64,000 bases of DNA from Crocinitomicaceae bacterium (GCA_044361165.1 JBIKJE010000003.1:15888-79887); one strand, 5' to 3'. Counted from the first letter of the stretch, positions 31,015-40,384 are shown. The notes: generated from the letters alone by a model not told the origin. Numbers and translations: made by a program.

Positions 31015-32666
31015 GTATTTTATTTTCAGTTCTTCTGATTACAATCGTCATTTTTTGGATTCAAACCAAGATATGGAAGGTCGAGAAAAATATCGTTTTT
31101 CCGATTTTTACAGCTATTTTTTATTTCTGGTCTTTGGCGGGAAGTTGGTTGTTTAGTTTTGATAGTTTGACTCATTTTGGAAAAAAGATAGGTCTGCAAT
31201 ATTATTATTTACTTGAGAAAATGTTTTACGTAAAATTTGATGGTGTTTATCTTCAAGCCATTTGGATGTACGGCATTTTCATTATTGTTTTTCAAGTTTT
31301 CATTTGGATAGGATTAATTCAATTGAAGAAGTTCCCAAAGAACAATCAAAAAAGAGAACCTTTATTTCTTCAACCTACAGTATTCATCTTTACTGCTTTA
31401 ATTTTTCTTTGTTTTTCAATTTGGATTGTCAAAGATGTTATTATCTATTCATTATTACTGAATGAATCTGTTTATATAAATATTCGTTCAGCTCCTATAA
31501 AAGGATATACGATGCATCAATATGCCTGCTGGATTATGATTGTAAGTTTATTTATTTACATCGGCTTGTTCTTGAAGCAAAGAAATGAATCTCTGCAAAT
31601 TCAGAAACCTGGATTTTTCTTTTGGTCTGTTTTCGCAATTTGTAATTTGTATCTTGTAATCATTGGTTCTCGTCATGAAACTTTTTTTGGAGGTATTTTG
31701 GTTTTGATTTTAATGTCCTATCCATTTCGAAGTATTCGTGCCAACCTAAAATTATACTTTTCAGTAATTTTTGTTTGGTTTTTTATATTGATGTTAAACG
31801 ACCCAATCAGGAGTTTGATGCCCGTGATTGCATCAAAAACTGGATTGACAACCGCACTTTCTTCTAAAGAAAAAATGAAAGAAGCAGTCTTGTTCTCAAG
31901 CGATAGAACTTTTGTCGCCCATAAATCTCCACAAATTTCAGCTAAAATTATTGCTGCAAATGCTTTAAAGGATACCACCCTATATTTGAAGTTTGATACA
32001 GTCGTAATCAATAAGAATGCTTTAATCGAACAGCTGAATACACACCCAAGTTATATTTTGATAGATCATAAAAAGTTGAAAATTGCCAACAGTCATATTT
32101 CGATGGCTTACCAAAATATTTCTTTTTTTACGAAAGTGACACTTACGCTGACCAACATGATTTTCAGTAACGAATTATTTGCTGGGCATTTTTCTATGTA
32201 CGGTGTTTTGTCTAAAAATGTTAAACCAAAAATCGGTTTTAGCTTTAAGAATTTATTGTATTCATTTGTTCCTTCGACAGCAGTAAAAACAAGACCTTTA
32301 GATGCCTATTCTTACTATGCACAACAGATGAAATTCAAAGATGGTCAAGGTTTTACAATTAATTACATTACTGCGTGGTATTTGAATTTTTCATACTTCG
32401 GTTTGATTTTGGGTCCACTTTTTCTTTGTGTTATTTTACTGTTTCCATTTTATTTATGGAAGAAGTCTACAAATCGTTTGTATCAACTTTTTGCCGTAAT
32501 CGCACTGTGTGGGACAACCGGTTTTGCAGCCATGATGGTTCGTTCGGGGCCTGAATCATTCAAAGCCTTATTGTATGAAAGTATCATTATTCCTATCTTT
32601 ATCGTTTACGCGTCCATAATTATTGGTAAAACAGTTAAAAAAATAAAGGCAAAATATGGAAGATAA
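31011..32666 (+). CDS. Polytopic membrane protein of unknown family (candidate polymerase or acyl/glycosyl modifying protein)
   Basis: 551-aa ORF. The start overlaps the upstream stop (ATGA). About 8 N-terminal TM segments are followed by a roughly 130-aa hydrophilic middle segment and then C-terminal TM segments. No motif recognised. Confidence 0.6.
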   Translation: MSILFSVLLITIVIFWIQTKIWKVEKNIVFPIFTAIFYFWSLAGSWLFSFDSLTHFGKKIGLQYYYLLEKMFYVKFDGVYLQAIWMYGIFIIVFQVFIWIGLIQLKKFPKNNQKREPLFLQPTVFIFTALIFLCFSIWIVKDVIIYSLLLNESVYINIRSAPIKGYTMHQYACWIMIVSLFIYIGLFLKQRNESLQIQKPGFFFWSVFAICNLYLVIIGSRHETFFGGILVLILMSYPFRSIRANLKLYFSVIFVWFFILMLNDPIRSLMPVIASKTGLTTALSSKEKMKEAVLFSSDRTFVAHKSPQISAKIIAANALKDTTLYLKFDTVVINKNALIEQLNTHPSYILIDHKKLKIANSHISMAYQNISFFTKVTLTLTNMIFSNELFAGHFSMYGVLSKNVKPKIGFSFKNLLYSFVPSTAVKTRPLDAYSYYAQQMKFKDGQGFTINYITAWYLNFSYFGLILGPLFLCVILLFPFYLWKKSTNRLYQLFAVIALCGTTGFAAMMVRSGPESFKALLYESIIIPIFIVYASIIIGKTVKKIKAKYGR

Positions 32667-33642
32667 AAAATTGAAAATCATTCATGTTATTCCATATCAT
32701 CCATTGCCTTCCTCTTTTATTTTTGCGAAAAGACAAGTCGAAGATTTGACGGAATTGGGCTATACAAACGAAGTTTTCTTTTTCAAAACAGCTTTTTCTT
32801 TGAAGGGTTTTTTTAGCCAGTTAAAGACTCTTCGAAAGTTAGTTGAAGACTTTAAACCTGATTTAATTCATGCTCATTACGGTACAATCAATGCTTTCTT
32901 TGCTTCCAGAATCAAAAATGTACCATTTGTAGTTTCGTTTCAAGGAAGCGATATGAATTATACAAGCGATGTGCATTGGATTCGTGAAAAATTGGGAAAA
33001 TTCTTAAGCAAAAAAGCAGCACAACGCGCACAACAAATCATATGCGTCAGCGAACGCTTGCAAGATAATTTGCCATTAGGAAAGGAAAAATCTACCGTTG
33101 TGCCTTCTGGAATTAATACCAAACTTTTTAAAAAAATAAATATTGTTGATTGTAAAAAGCAATTGAACTTGAAAGAATCGACTAATTACATTTTTTTTAA
33201 CGCCAATAATCCAATCGTTAAAAGACTAGATATTGCTGAAAAAGTAGTTGAATTATTGCAAGATTTGAATGTGGAACTTTTGTCATTAAATGGAAATGTA
33301 ACTCCAAATGAAATACCAGTATATTTGAATGCTTCCGTTGCAACGCTTCTCTGTTCTGACAGTGAAGGAAGTCCTATGGTAATAAAAGAGGCCATGGCGT
33401 GTGGTTTGCCGATTGTTTCTGTAGATGTCGGTGATGTAAAGTCACGCATTGAAAACGTGGATAATTGTTTTGTAGTTCCTCAAAATGCTACGGATATTGC
33501 TCAAAAAATCCGACATATTATTGAATCAAATGTCACCGAAACAAATGGTTTGGAAGTCTTAATTGCCCAAGGAATTGACTATTTGAGTGTAGTTAAAATA
33601 GTAGAGGGTATTTATTTAAAGGCGATTAAAAACTTTAGTTAA
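32656..33642 (+). CDS. GT-B glycosyltransferase (family 4/GT1-like)
   Basis: 328 aa with the EX7E-type motif SEGSPMVIKEAMACGLPIVSVDVGD. Confidence 0.8.
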   Translation: MEDKKLKIIHVIPYHPLPSSFIFAKRQVEDLTELGYTNEVFFFKTAFSLKGFFSQLKTLRKLVEDFKPDLIHAHYGTINAFFASRIKNVPFVVSFQGSDMNYTSDVHWIREKLGKFLSKKAAQRAQQIICVSERLQDNLPLGKEKSTVVPSGINTKLFKKINIVDCKKQLNLKESTNYIFFNANNPIVKRLDIAEKVVELLQDLNVELLSLNGNVTPNEIPVYLNASVATLLCSDSEGSPMVIKEAMACGLPIVSVDVGDVKSRIENVDNCFVVPQNATDIAQKIRHIIESNVTETNGLEVLIAQGIDYLSVVKIVEGIYLKAIKNFS

Positions 33643-34922
33643 TGGAATTGATCAAAGAAAATCCAAAAATAGCTCTCGCTTACAATTTGTCCCTCCTGAC
33701 GATTGCATTTCTCATTGCAGTTTTACCAAAATTAGTGGTTTTGGGTTTCTTTTTCATGTTTGCTACCATTGTTTATGGTTTGATAAAAAAACAATTTAGT
33801 TTTCAATTTGATTCAATTTTGGCCGCTTTTGCTGTACTTTACTTGATTTATCTTGCAGGCGCTGCTTTTACGCACAACCCATCTGCCGCTAGTAGATATT
33901 TAGAATACAAATTGTCATTCCTTTTAGTGCCTTTTCTATTCAGTTTTCGACCTAAGTTTGGATTCAACTTGTCATTTCCAATTATTGGTTTATCACTTGG
34001 TATTTTAGCTGTATCCATCTTGGGGCTCACCAAAGCTTTTGCTGTTTATGCCGTCACTCATTATGCGTTTGCTGCGTTCACCTCAAGTAATATTTGTGTA
34101 GATCATCCAACTTATTTTGCTGCATTTACAATGGTTTCAATTGTTGGTATTTGGTATTTGTACAAAATGAAATCTCCAGGATTTAAAGGGAAATGGATTT
34201 TTCTTTATCTGTTTTTTGGGATTGTCATGTTGTTTTTGAGTTACGCAATGGCAGCAATTTTATTTTTCCTTTTGGTTGTTTCTTTTCTTATTTTGAGATG
34301 GATTTACATCAAAATAAATAAATGGATAGCCATTTCATTGCTTGTTTTTTTGCCTTTGATGCTGTTTTTCACAGTCACAAATATTCCTGCCTTCAAAGAT
34401 GAAATTAACAATTCTATGGTCGCCTTCAAAAGTTATATTGCTAATCCAAGTGAATTTATTCAAGGAAAAGAAGGTGTGCCTTCAGGTGATCAAGTGCGAT
34501 TGATTATGTGGACGGTCTCTGCAAAAGCCTGGTGGAAGCATCCCTTTGGTGTTGGGACAGGAAATGTTGACGAATTTTTGAGCTTGGAATTGAAAGCTGC
34601 TGGACAAAAAGAATTGGCGCAAAAAGATGAAAACAATGAAATTCGATATAATCCGCACAATCAGTTTTTGCAAACAGGCTTAGAAGTTGGTTTATTGGGA
34701 ATTTTTACCTTTCTTTTTGTGCTGATTTCTTCCATCATAAAAGGTTTTAAAACCAGTAATTGGCTGTTGATTTTGGTTGTTTCATGTTTGATTTTTAATT
34801 GTTTATTTGAATCAGTTTTACAACGTCAAACAGGAATAGTATTTTTTACTTTTTGGATTTGTTTATTGCTAATTCATTCAAAGTCCATTATTCAAATTCA
34901 AATAAATCGACAAAATGATTAA
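33642..34922 (+). CDS. O-antigen ligase/polymerase family (Wzy_C) membrane protein
   Basis: 426-aa polytopic ORF with the characteristic periplasmic-loop motif YNPHNQFLQTGLEVGLLG. Confidence 0.72.
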   Translation: MELIKENPKIALAYNLSLLTIAFLIAVLPKLVVLGFFFMFATIVYGLIKKQFSFQFDSILAAFAVLYLIYLAGAAFTHNPSAASRYLEYKLSFLLVPFLFSFRPKFGFNLSFPIIGLSLGILAVSILGLTKAFAVYAVTHYAFAAFTSSNICVDHPTYFAAFTMVSIVGIWYLYKMKSPGFKGKWIFLYLFFGIVMLFLSYAMAAILFFLLVVSFLILRWIYIKINKWIAISLLVFLPLMLFFTVTNIPAFKDEINNSMVAFKSYIANPSEFIQGKEGVPSGDQVRLIMWTVSAKAWWKHPFGVGTGNVDEFLSLELKAAGQKELAQKDENNEIRYNPHNQFLQTGLEVGLLGIFTFLFVLISSIIKGFKTSNWLLILVVSCLIFNCLFESVLQRQTGIVFFTFWICLLLIHSKSIIQIQINRQND

Positions 34923-35931
34923 AATTTCCATTGTTATTCCTTGCAGAAATGAAGTTTTGTATATCCGAGAATGTATCGAAGCAATATATGCAAATGTTTT
35001 GACAGCAGAAGTTGTTTTGAGTGTTTTTGTCGTTGATGGAATGAGCGATGACGGCACAAGAGAACTTGTTTTGAATTTAGAAAATCAGTTTCCAAATTTG
35101 AAACTCGTTGATAATGAAAAGAAATTAACACCTTTCGCTTTCAATTTGGGTATTTATCAAGTTCCTGCTGATTACATACAAATTGTTGGAGCGCGACATA
35201 TTTTATCATCTAATTATTTACAAAAATCCTTAGATATTTTGCAGTCAAATGAAGAAATTTGGTGTGTTGGAGGAAAATTGATCAATGAATATTTGAATGA
35301 AACAGGTGAAATTATTTCCAAAGCAATGTCTACTACTTTTGGAATGGGTTTGGGAAATTTTAGAACATTGGAAAAGTCAGGTTTTACAGACACAGTAACT
35401 AGTCCGATGTATCCCTATTGGGTTTTTGAAAAGATCGGATTTTTTGATGAGCAATTGATCCGAAACCAAGATGATGATTTCAATTTTAGAGTCACCAAAG
35501 TTGGTGGGAAAATTTGGTTTGAGTCAGAAATTTCTCTTAAATATTATGTTCGTGGAAATTTTCAAGGATTGTATCGCCAATTTTATCAGTACGGCTATTG
35601 GAAAGTGTTTGTGAATCAAAAGCACAAAGCAGTCACAACAATTCGACAATTGGTACCGCCTGCATTTGTTCTGTTTTTGTTTGTTTCCCCAATTTTAATG
35701 CTTCTAGGTAGTTTGTTTTTTTGGTTAACTGTTTCTTTATATATTGCATATATTTTACTTGGAATTTATTTCGCTTCCAAAATGAGTAAAAGAGCTGGCG
35801 AGTTTTTTCAAATTTTCAAAACATTTCCAATCTTACATTTTAGCTATGGTTTGGGATATTTAAGCGGAATGATCAATTTTTTGATTCTTCGCCAAAAACC
35901 TTCAGACAAACAAAAACGCTTGTCGAGATAA
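34915..35931 (+). CDS. Family 2 glycosyltransferase with C-terminal TM segments
   Basis: 338 aa with N-terminal ISIVIPCRNEVLYIRECIEAI, a DxD-like region (VVDGMSDDGT) and QDDDFNFR. Confidence 0.82.
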   Translation: MIKISIVIPCRNEVLYIRECIEAIYANVLTAEVVLSVFVVDGMSDDGTRELVLNLENQFPNLKLVDNEKKLTPFAFNLGIYQVPADYIQIVGARHILSSNYLQKSLDILQSNEEIWCVGGKLINEYLNETGEIISKAMSTTFGMGLGNFRTLEKSGFTDTVTSPMYPYWVFEKIGFFDEQLIRNQDDDFNFRVTKVGGKIWFESEISLKYYVRGNFQGLYRQFYQYGYWKVFVNQKHKAVTTIRQLVPPAFVLFLFVSPILMLLGSLFFWLTVSLYIAYILLGIYFASKMSKRAGEFFQIFKTFPILHFSYGLGYLSGMINFLILRQKPSDKQKRLSR

Positions 35932-35973
35932 ACTCAATTTTATTACTTTTACAGTTCAAATTTCACATTCAAT

Positions 35974-37185
35974 ATGATTCCATTTTCACCACCTCGCATT
36001 GATCAAAAAGTCATTGATGAAGTTACCTCTGCATTGAAAAGCGGTTGGATTACTACAGGTCCAAAGACGAAATTATTTGAAAAGCAAATTACGGAATATT
36101 GCGGAAATAAAGTTTCTGTAGCTGTCAATTCTTGGACAATGGGAATGCAGGTTTTATTGCATTGGTGGGGAATAGGAGAAGGAGATGAAGTAATATTGCC
36201 TGCCTACACGTATTGCGCAAGTGCCAATGTGATTGTGCATTCTGGAGCAAAACCTGTGATGGTTGATATCAATGAGGCAGATTTTAATATTTCAGTTGAT
36301 GCCATTCGAAAAGCAATTACGCCGAAAACAAAAGCGATTATTGCTGTTGATTTAGCAGGATTTCCTTGCGATTACGATGCGATTATGGATTTGGTCAACG
36401 AAGAATCGATTCAAAAACTATTCAAGGCAGATGGAGAGAATCAAGAAAAATTGAATCGAATTTTGATTATTTCTGATGCCGCCCATAGTTTTGGAGCAAT
36501 CTACAAAGGCAAAAGAGCAGGTTCATTGACAGATATTTCCACGTTTTCTTTTCACGCAGTCAAAAACCTGACAACGGCAGAAGGTGGTGCATTGTGTTTT
36601 GATTTGCCAGAAAATTTTGATCACGAGATTATTTATAGAGATTTTTGTACGATGATTTTGCATGGGCAAAACAAAGATGCTTTGGCAAAAACACAAAAAG
36701 GAAATTGGCGTTATGATGTTGAAGAGCCTGGTTTTAAATGTAATATGACCGATTTGCAAGCTGCAATTGGTTTGGTAGAATTAGAAAGATACGAGGAAAA
36801 TTTAAATCGTCGTAAATCGATTTTTGAGCAATATGATGCTGCTTTTAAGAACGAGTCTTGGGCCCTTACACCTTTACATACAACTATTGATAAAACGACG
36901 AGCTATCATTTATATCAATTGAGAATAGATGGAATTACAGAAAATCAGCGAGATAAAATCATGCAATTGATTTTTGACCAAGATGTTTCAGTAAACGTGC
37001 ATTTTTTGCCTTTACCAACATTGACTGCCTATATAAAACGCGGTTACCAAATGGAAGACTACCCTGAAACATGGAATAAATACCACAACGAAATCTCGTT
37101 GCCTGTTTATTATGATTTGTCGGATGAACAAGTTCAAATAGTAATTCATGCAGTAAAGAATGCGGTTTTTGAATTAATGAAATAA
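35974..37185 (+). CDS. DegT/DnrJ/EryC1/StrS-family PLP-dependent sugar aminotransferase
   Basis: 403 aa, with DAAHSFGA and the PLP-lysine context FSFHAVKNLTTAEGGAL. Confidence 0.9.
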   Translation: MIPFSPPRIDQKVIDEVTSALKSGWITTGPKTKLFEKQITEYCGNKVSVAVNSWTMGMQVLLHWWGIGEGDEVILPAYTYCASANVIVHSGAKPVMVDINEADFNISVDAIRKAITPKTKAIIAVDLAGFPCDYDAIMDLVNEESIQKLFKADGENQEKLNRILIISDAAHSFGAIYKGKRAGSLTDISTFSFHAVKNLTTAEGGALCFDLPENFDHEIIYRDFCTMILHGQNKDALAKTQKGNWRYDVEEPGFKCNMTDLQAAIGLVELERYEENLNRRKSIFEQYDAAFKNESWALTPLHTTIDKTTSYHLYQLRIDGITENQRDKIMQLIFDQDVSVNVHFLPLPTLTAYIKRGYQMEDYPETWNKYHNEISLPVYYDLSDEQVQIVIHAVKNAVFELMK

Positions 37186-37188
37186 TTA

Positions 37189-37872
37189 ATGAAAGAACGA
37201 AAACGAAATAGATTGTTGGGATTTGATTATTCTCGCGATAATTTATATTTCGTAACATCCTGCGTTCAGGATAGAATTTGTTGTTTTGGATCAATTTCAA
37301 ATGGAAAAATGCATTTGAATGAATATGGACAAATCGCCCATGATCAATTTAAATGGTTGGAAAAACAATATGCATATGTGTCAATGCACGAATTCGTTGT
37401 GATGCCAAATCACGTGCACGCGATTATAGAAATTAATCGAAAATATATTCCCATTGATACGGTTGAATCGCGAAACGATTCCGGTTATTATTTTGTAGGG
37501 GAAGGTCGCGACCTTCCCCTACAAAATAATAACGACGTTCCCCCACAAAATAATAACGACGTTCCCCCACAAAATAATAACGACGTTCCCCCACAAAACA
37601 ATAACGACGTTCACGTTCAAAACATTAACGATTCAAATAACACAATTACCCAAAAATCATCAATCAAAATAAAATCATTGTCCGAATTGATGGGGGCATA
37701 TAAAACAACAACATCGAAACAAATTCATTTGGCGGGTTTAATTGATTTTAAATGGCAAAGATCATTTCATGATAGAATAATCAGAAATGATGGTTCATAT
37801 GGATTTATTATGAATTACATTTACAGAAATCCTGAAAATTGGAATATGGACGATATTATTCCAAATGATTAA
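37189..37872 (+). CDS. IS200/RayT-like HUH (Y1) transposase-family protein with an internal repeat-encoded insertion
   Basis: 227 aa. The HUH motif is VVMPNHVHAII. The C-terminal block (FKWQRSFHDRIIRNDGSYGFIMNYIYRNPENW) is typical of COG1943-type proteins. The middle segment is encoded by a palindrome plus a tandem array (NNNDVPPQ x4). Confidence 0.6.
   Translation: MKERKRNRLLGFDYSRDNLYFVTSCVQDRICCFGSISNGKMHLNEYGQIAHDQFKWLEKQYAYVSMHEFVVMPNHVHAIIEINRKYIPIDTVESRNDSGYYFVGEGRDLPLQNNNDVPPQNNNDVPPQNNNDVPPQNNNDVHVQNINDSNNTITQKSSIKIKSLSELMGAYKTTTSKQIHLAGLIDFKWQRSFHDRIIRNDGSYGFIMNYIYRNPENWNMDDIIPND
37484..37533. repeat. Perfect 50-bp palindrome (25-bp arms, no spacer) inside the HUH gene
   Basis: GTTATTATTTTGTAGGGGAAGGTCG|CGACCTTCCCCTACAAAATAATAAC, checked base by base. 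The centre is TCGCGA. Confidence 0.95.
37514..37633. repeat. 24-bp tandem repeat, four near-identical units plus one degenerate unit
   Basis: The unit is TTCCCC(T/C)ACAAAA(T/C)AATAACGACG. Unit 1 is the right arm of the palindrome. The array is in frame and encodes (L/V)PPQNNND repeats. Confidence 0.95.
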
Positions 37873-37887
37873 GACAATTACATTTTC

Positions 37888-38475
37888 ATGAAAAGAATTT
37901 TCGATTTATTCGTTTCTATTACCATCCTACTGATTTTCCTCCCATTTGGAATTATTATTTCGCTATTAATTATTTTTGGTAGTCGCGGTGGGATATTTTA
38001 TCGTCAGCAACGTATTGGAAAAGATGGTGTTGAATTTGGATTATTCAAATTTCGAACGATGAAGCCTAATTCCGATAAATTAGGACAACTCACTGTGGGT
38101 ATGCGAGATCCCAGGATTACAAAGATTGGCTATTTCTTGCGCAAAACAAAAATGGATGAATTTCCTCAATTTTTAAATGTAATTAGAGGTGAAATGAGTA
38201 TTGTTGGCCCTCGACCAGAAGTGCGCGAATATGTGGATTTATATACGAATGATCAGCGTAAAATTTTAAATATCAAACCTGGAATTACGGATTACGCCTC
38301 TTTGGAATATTTTGATGAAAATCGATTGTTGGGAGAAGCCGAAAATCCACGAGAAACCTACATTCATGAAATCATGCCTGCGAAATTGTTGCTAAATGAA
38401 AAGTATTTAGCCAATCCAACGGTGGGACATGATATTCAAATCATGTGGAAAACATTCCGCAAAATGATTGGATAA
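37888..38475 (+). CDS. Small monotopic phosphoglycosyl transferase (PglC/WbaP C-terminal type, initiating sugar transferase)
   Basis: 195 aa, MKRIFDLFVSITILLIFLPF...YRQQRIGKDGVEFGLFKFRTM...DEFPQFLNVIRGEMSIVGPRPE. Confidence 0.9.
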   Translation: MKRIFDLFVSITILLIFLPFGIIISLLIIFGSRGGIFYRQQRIGKDGVEFGLFKFRTMKPNSDKLGQLTVGMRDPRITKIGYFLRKTKMDEFPQFLNVIRGEMSIVGPRPEVREYVDLYTNDQRKILNIKPGITDYASLEYFDENRLLGEAENPRETYIHEIMPAKLLLNEKYLANPTVGHDIQIMWKTFRKMIG

Positions 38476-38478
38476 TGG

Positions 38479-38847
38479 TTATTTCTTGAAAATGAAATAA
38501 ACCGCTAAAACCAAAAAAAACATTCCAATCAGGTGATTCATTCTGAATGTCTCGTTTTTAAACATCACCAAAGAAAAGATGATGAAAACAATCAATGTAA
38601 TTACTTCCTGAATCACTTTCAATTCCAGCAAACTAAATGGACCGCCATGTTCTTTGAATCCCAGTCTGTTGGCAGGAACTTGCAAACAATATTCAAAAAA
38701 TGCCAATCCCCAACTGATAAGAATCACACCGAAAAGTCCAATTGTAGCCAATTTTTTGTGCTCCGAAAATTTTAAATGTCCGTACCAAGCCAAGGTCATG
38801 AAAACGTTGGAGGCGATGAGTAGCAAGATGCTGTAAAGTCCTTTCAT
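38479..38847 (-). CDS. DMT-superfamily small membrane protein (DUF486-like)
   Basis: 122 aa with 4 TM segments and the motif FMTLAWYGHLKF. Confidence 0.7.
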   Translation of the reverse strand: MKGLYSILLLIASNVFMTLAWYGHLKFSEHKKLATIGLFGVILISWGLAFFEYCLQVPANRLGFKEHGGPFSLLELKVIQEVITLIVFIIFSLVMFKNETFRMNHLIGMFFLVLAVYFIFKK

Positions 38848-38865
38848 TGAAAATTTTTTGTAATA

Positions 38866-38897
38866 AAAAAGCCGATTTCAATTTGAAACCGGCTTTA
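38866..38897 (-). terminator. Rho-independent terminator after ahcY
   Basis: Read on the minus strand: AAAGCCGG-loop-TCGGCTTTTT. Confidence 0.6.
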
Positions 38898-38918
38898 AAA
38901 TTATGATTTATCCGCTAA

Positions 38919-40232
38919 TTAGTAACGGTAAGCATCTGATTTGTATGGACCAGCAACTTTCACTCCAATGTATGAAGCTTGGTCTTCTGTTAATTCATCC
39001 AATTCAACACCAATTTTCGCTAAATGCAAACGTGCTACTTTCTCATCCAAATGTTTTGGAAGTGTGTAAACGTCGTTTTCATAGTTAGCAGAATTTTGCC
39101 ACAACTCTAATTGAGCCAAAGTTTGGTTTGTAAATGAATTTGACATTACAAATGATGGGTGACCTGTCGCACAACCTAAGTTTACTAAACGACCTTCAGC
39201 CAATAAAATAATGTCTTTTCCATTTACATTGTACATGTCAACTTGTGGTTTGATTTCAATTTTAGTTGAACCAAAATTTGAATTTAACCAAGCAACGTCG
39301 ATTTCATTGTCGAAGTGACCAATGTTACAAACGATTGCTTTGTCTTTCATGTTTTCGAAATGACGACCAACAACGATGTCTTTGTTTCCAGTAGTAGTTA
39401 CGATGATATCACCTAAACCAACAACTGTATCTAATTTTTTCACTTCAAATCCGTCCATTGCAGCTTGTAAAGCACAGATTGGATCGATTTCAGTAACGAT
39501 AACTCTTGCACCAGCACCTTTCAATGAAGCTGCAGAACCTTTACCAACATCACCATATCCGCAAACAACAGCAACTTTTCCAGCCATCATTGTGTCTGTA
39601 GCACGACGAATTGAATCTACCAAAGATTCTTTACATCCATATTTGTTGTCAAATTTAGATTTAGTAACTGAATCATTTACATTGATTGCAGGCATTACCA
39701 AAGTTCCATTTTTCAAACGATCGTACAATCTCAAAACTCCAGTTGTAGTTTCTTCAGACAAACCTTTGATTCCAGCAGTTAATTCTGGGAAATGATCAAA
39801 AACCATATTTGTCAAATCTCCACCGTCATCTAAAATCATGTTCAATGGCTCACCGCCTTCGAAAGCGAAAATTGTTTGTTCGATACACCAGTTGAATTCT
39901 TCTTCGTTCATACCTTTCCAAGCAAAAACTGGAATTCCTGCAGCAGCAATCGCAGCAGCAGCATGATCTTGAGTTGAGAAAATGTTACAAGAAGACCAGC
40001 TAACTTGTGCACCTAAATCAACCAACGTTTCAATCAAAACAGCAGTTTGAATGGTCATGTGTAAACAACCTGCAATTCTAGCTCCTGCCAATGGCTTGCT
40101 AGCGGCATATTCTTCACGCAATGACATCAAACCTGGCATCTCTGCCTCAGCCAACATAATTTCTTTTCTTCCCCACGCAGCAAGGCTGATATCAGCTACT
40201 TTAAATGCTACTTTTTCTTGTGTGTTATTCAT
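38919..40232 (-). CDS. ahcY: Adenosylhomocysteinase
   Basis: 437 aa, [25 protein letters not shown], with NAD-binding [12 protein letters not shown]. Confidence 0.97.
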   Translation of the reverse strand: MNNTQEKVAFKVADISLAAWGRKEIMLAEAEMPGLMSLREEYAASKPLAGARIAGCLHMTIQTAVLIETLVDLGAQVSWSSCNIFSTQDHAAAAIAAAGIPVFAWKGMNEEEFNWCIEQTIFAFEGGEPLNMILDDGGDLTNMVFDHFPELTAGIKGLSEETTTGVLRLYDRLKNGTLVMPAINVNDSVTKSKFDNKYGCKESLVDSIRRATDTMMAGKVAVVCGYGDVGKGSAASLKGAGARVIVTEIDPICALQAAMDGFEVKKLDTVVGLGDIIVTTTGNKDIVVGRHFENMKDKAIVCNIGHFDNEIDVAWLNSNFGSTKIEIKPQVDMYNVNGKDIILLAEGRLVNLGCATGHPSFVMSNSFTNQTLAQLELWQNSANYENDVYTLPKHLDEKVARLHLAKIGVELDELTEDQASYIGVKVAGPYKSDAYRY

Positions 40233-40384
40233 ATATTTATTTATATTCTAGTTTTTTAAAATGCAAAGTTACAAAACTACTTTCTGAATAAAAAATTCCG
40301 TTTTTAGTTTTGTTTTTCATGTTATCAATTAAAAGGATAACAAGATTGAATTAAAAATGTTTTTTTACTTCAAAAAAATCATCT

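Noticed and set aside
33190-33197. T8 homopolymer inside the GT4 gene as a possible slipped-strand phase-variation switch
   Set aside because: Runs of 8-9 T/A are common throughout this AT-rich window, including in terminators and other genes. The tract is mid-gene and encodes Phe-Phe, with no other sign of contingency-locus behaviour.
36959-37300. 113-aa minus-strand ORF bridging the aminotransferase/HUH gene junction
   Set aside because: It is antisense to two supported genes in a co-directional operon and has no motifs.
37514-37633. Possible CRISPR array, because of regularly repeated 24-bp units
   Set aside because: The units are directly adjacent with no spacers, lie in frame within a coding sequence, and no cas genes are present. 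This is a tandem repeat.
40233-40384. Possible SAH or SAM riboswitch upstream of ahcY
   Set aside because: The region is very AT-rich and I could trace no conserved pseudoknot or stem pattern. Only a -7-like TAACTTTG box (minus strand, 40264-40271) is visible. A cmscan would be decisive.
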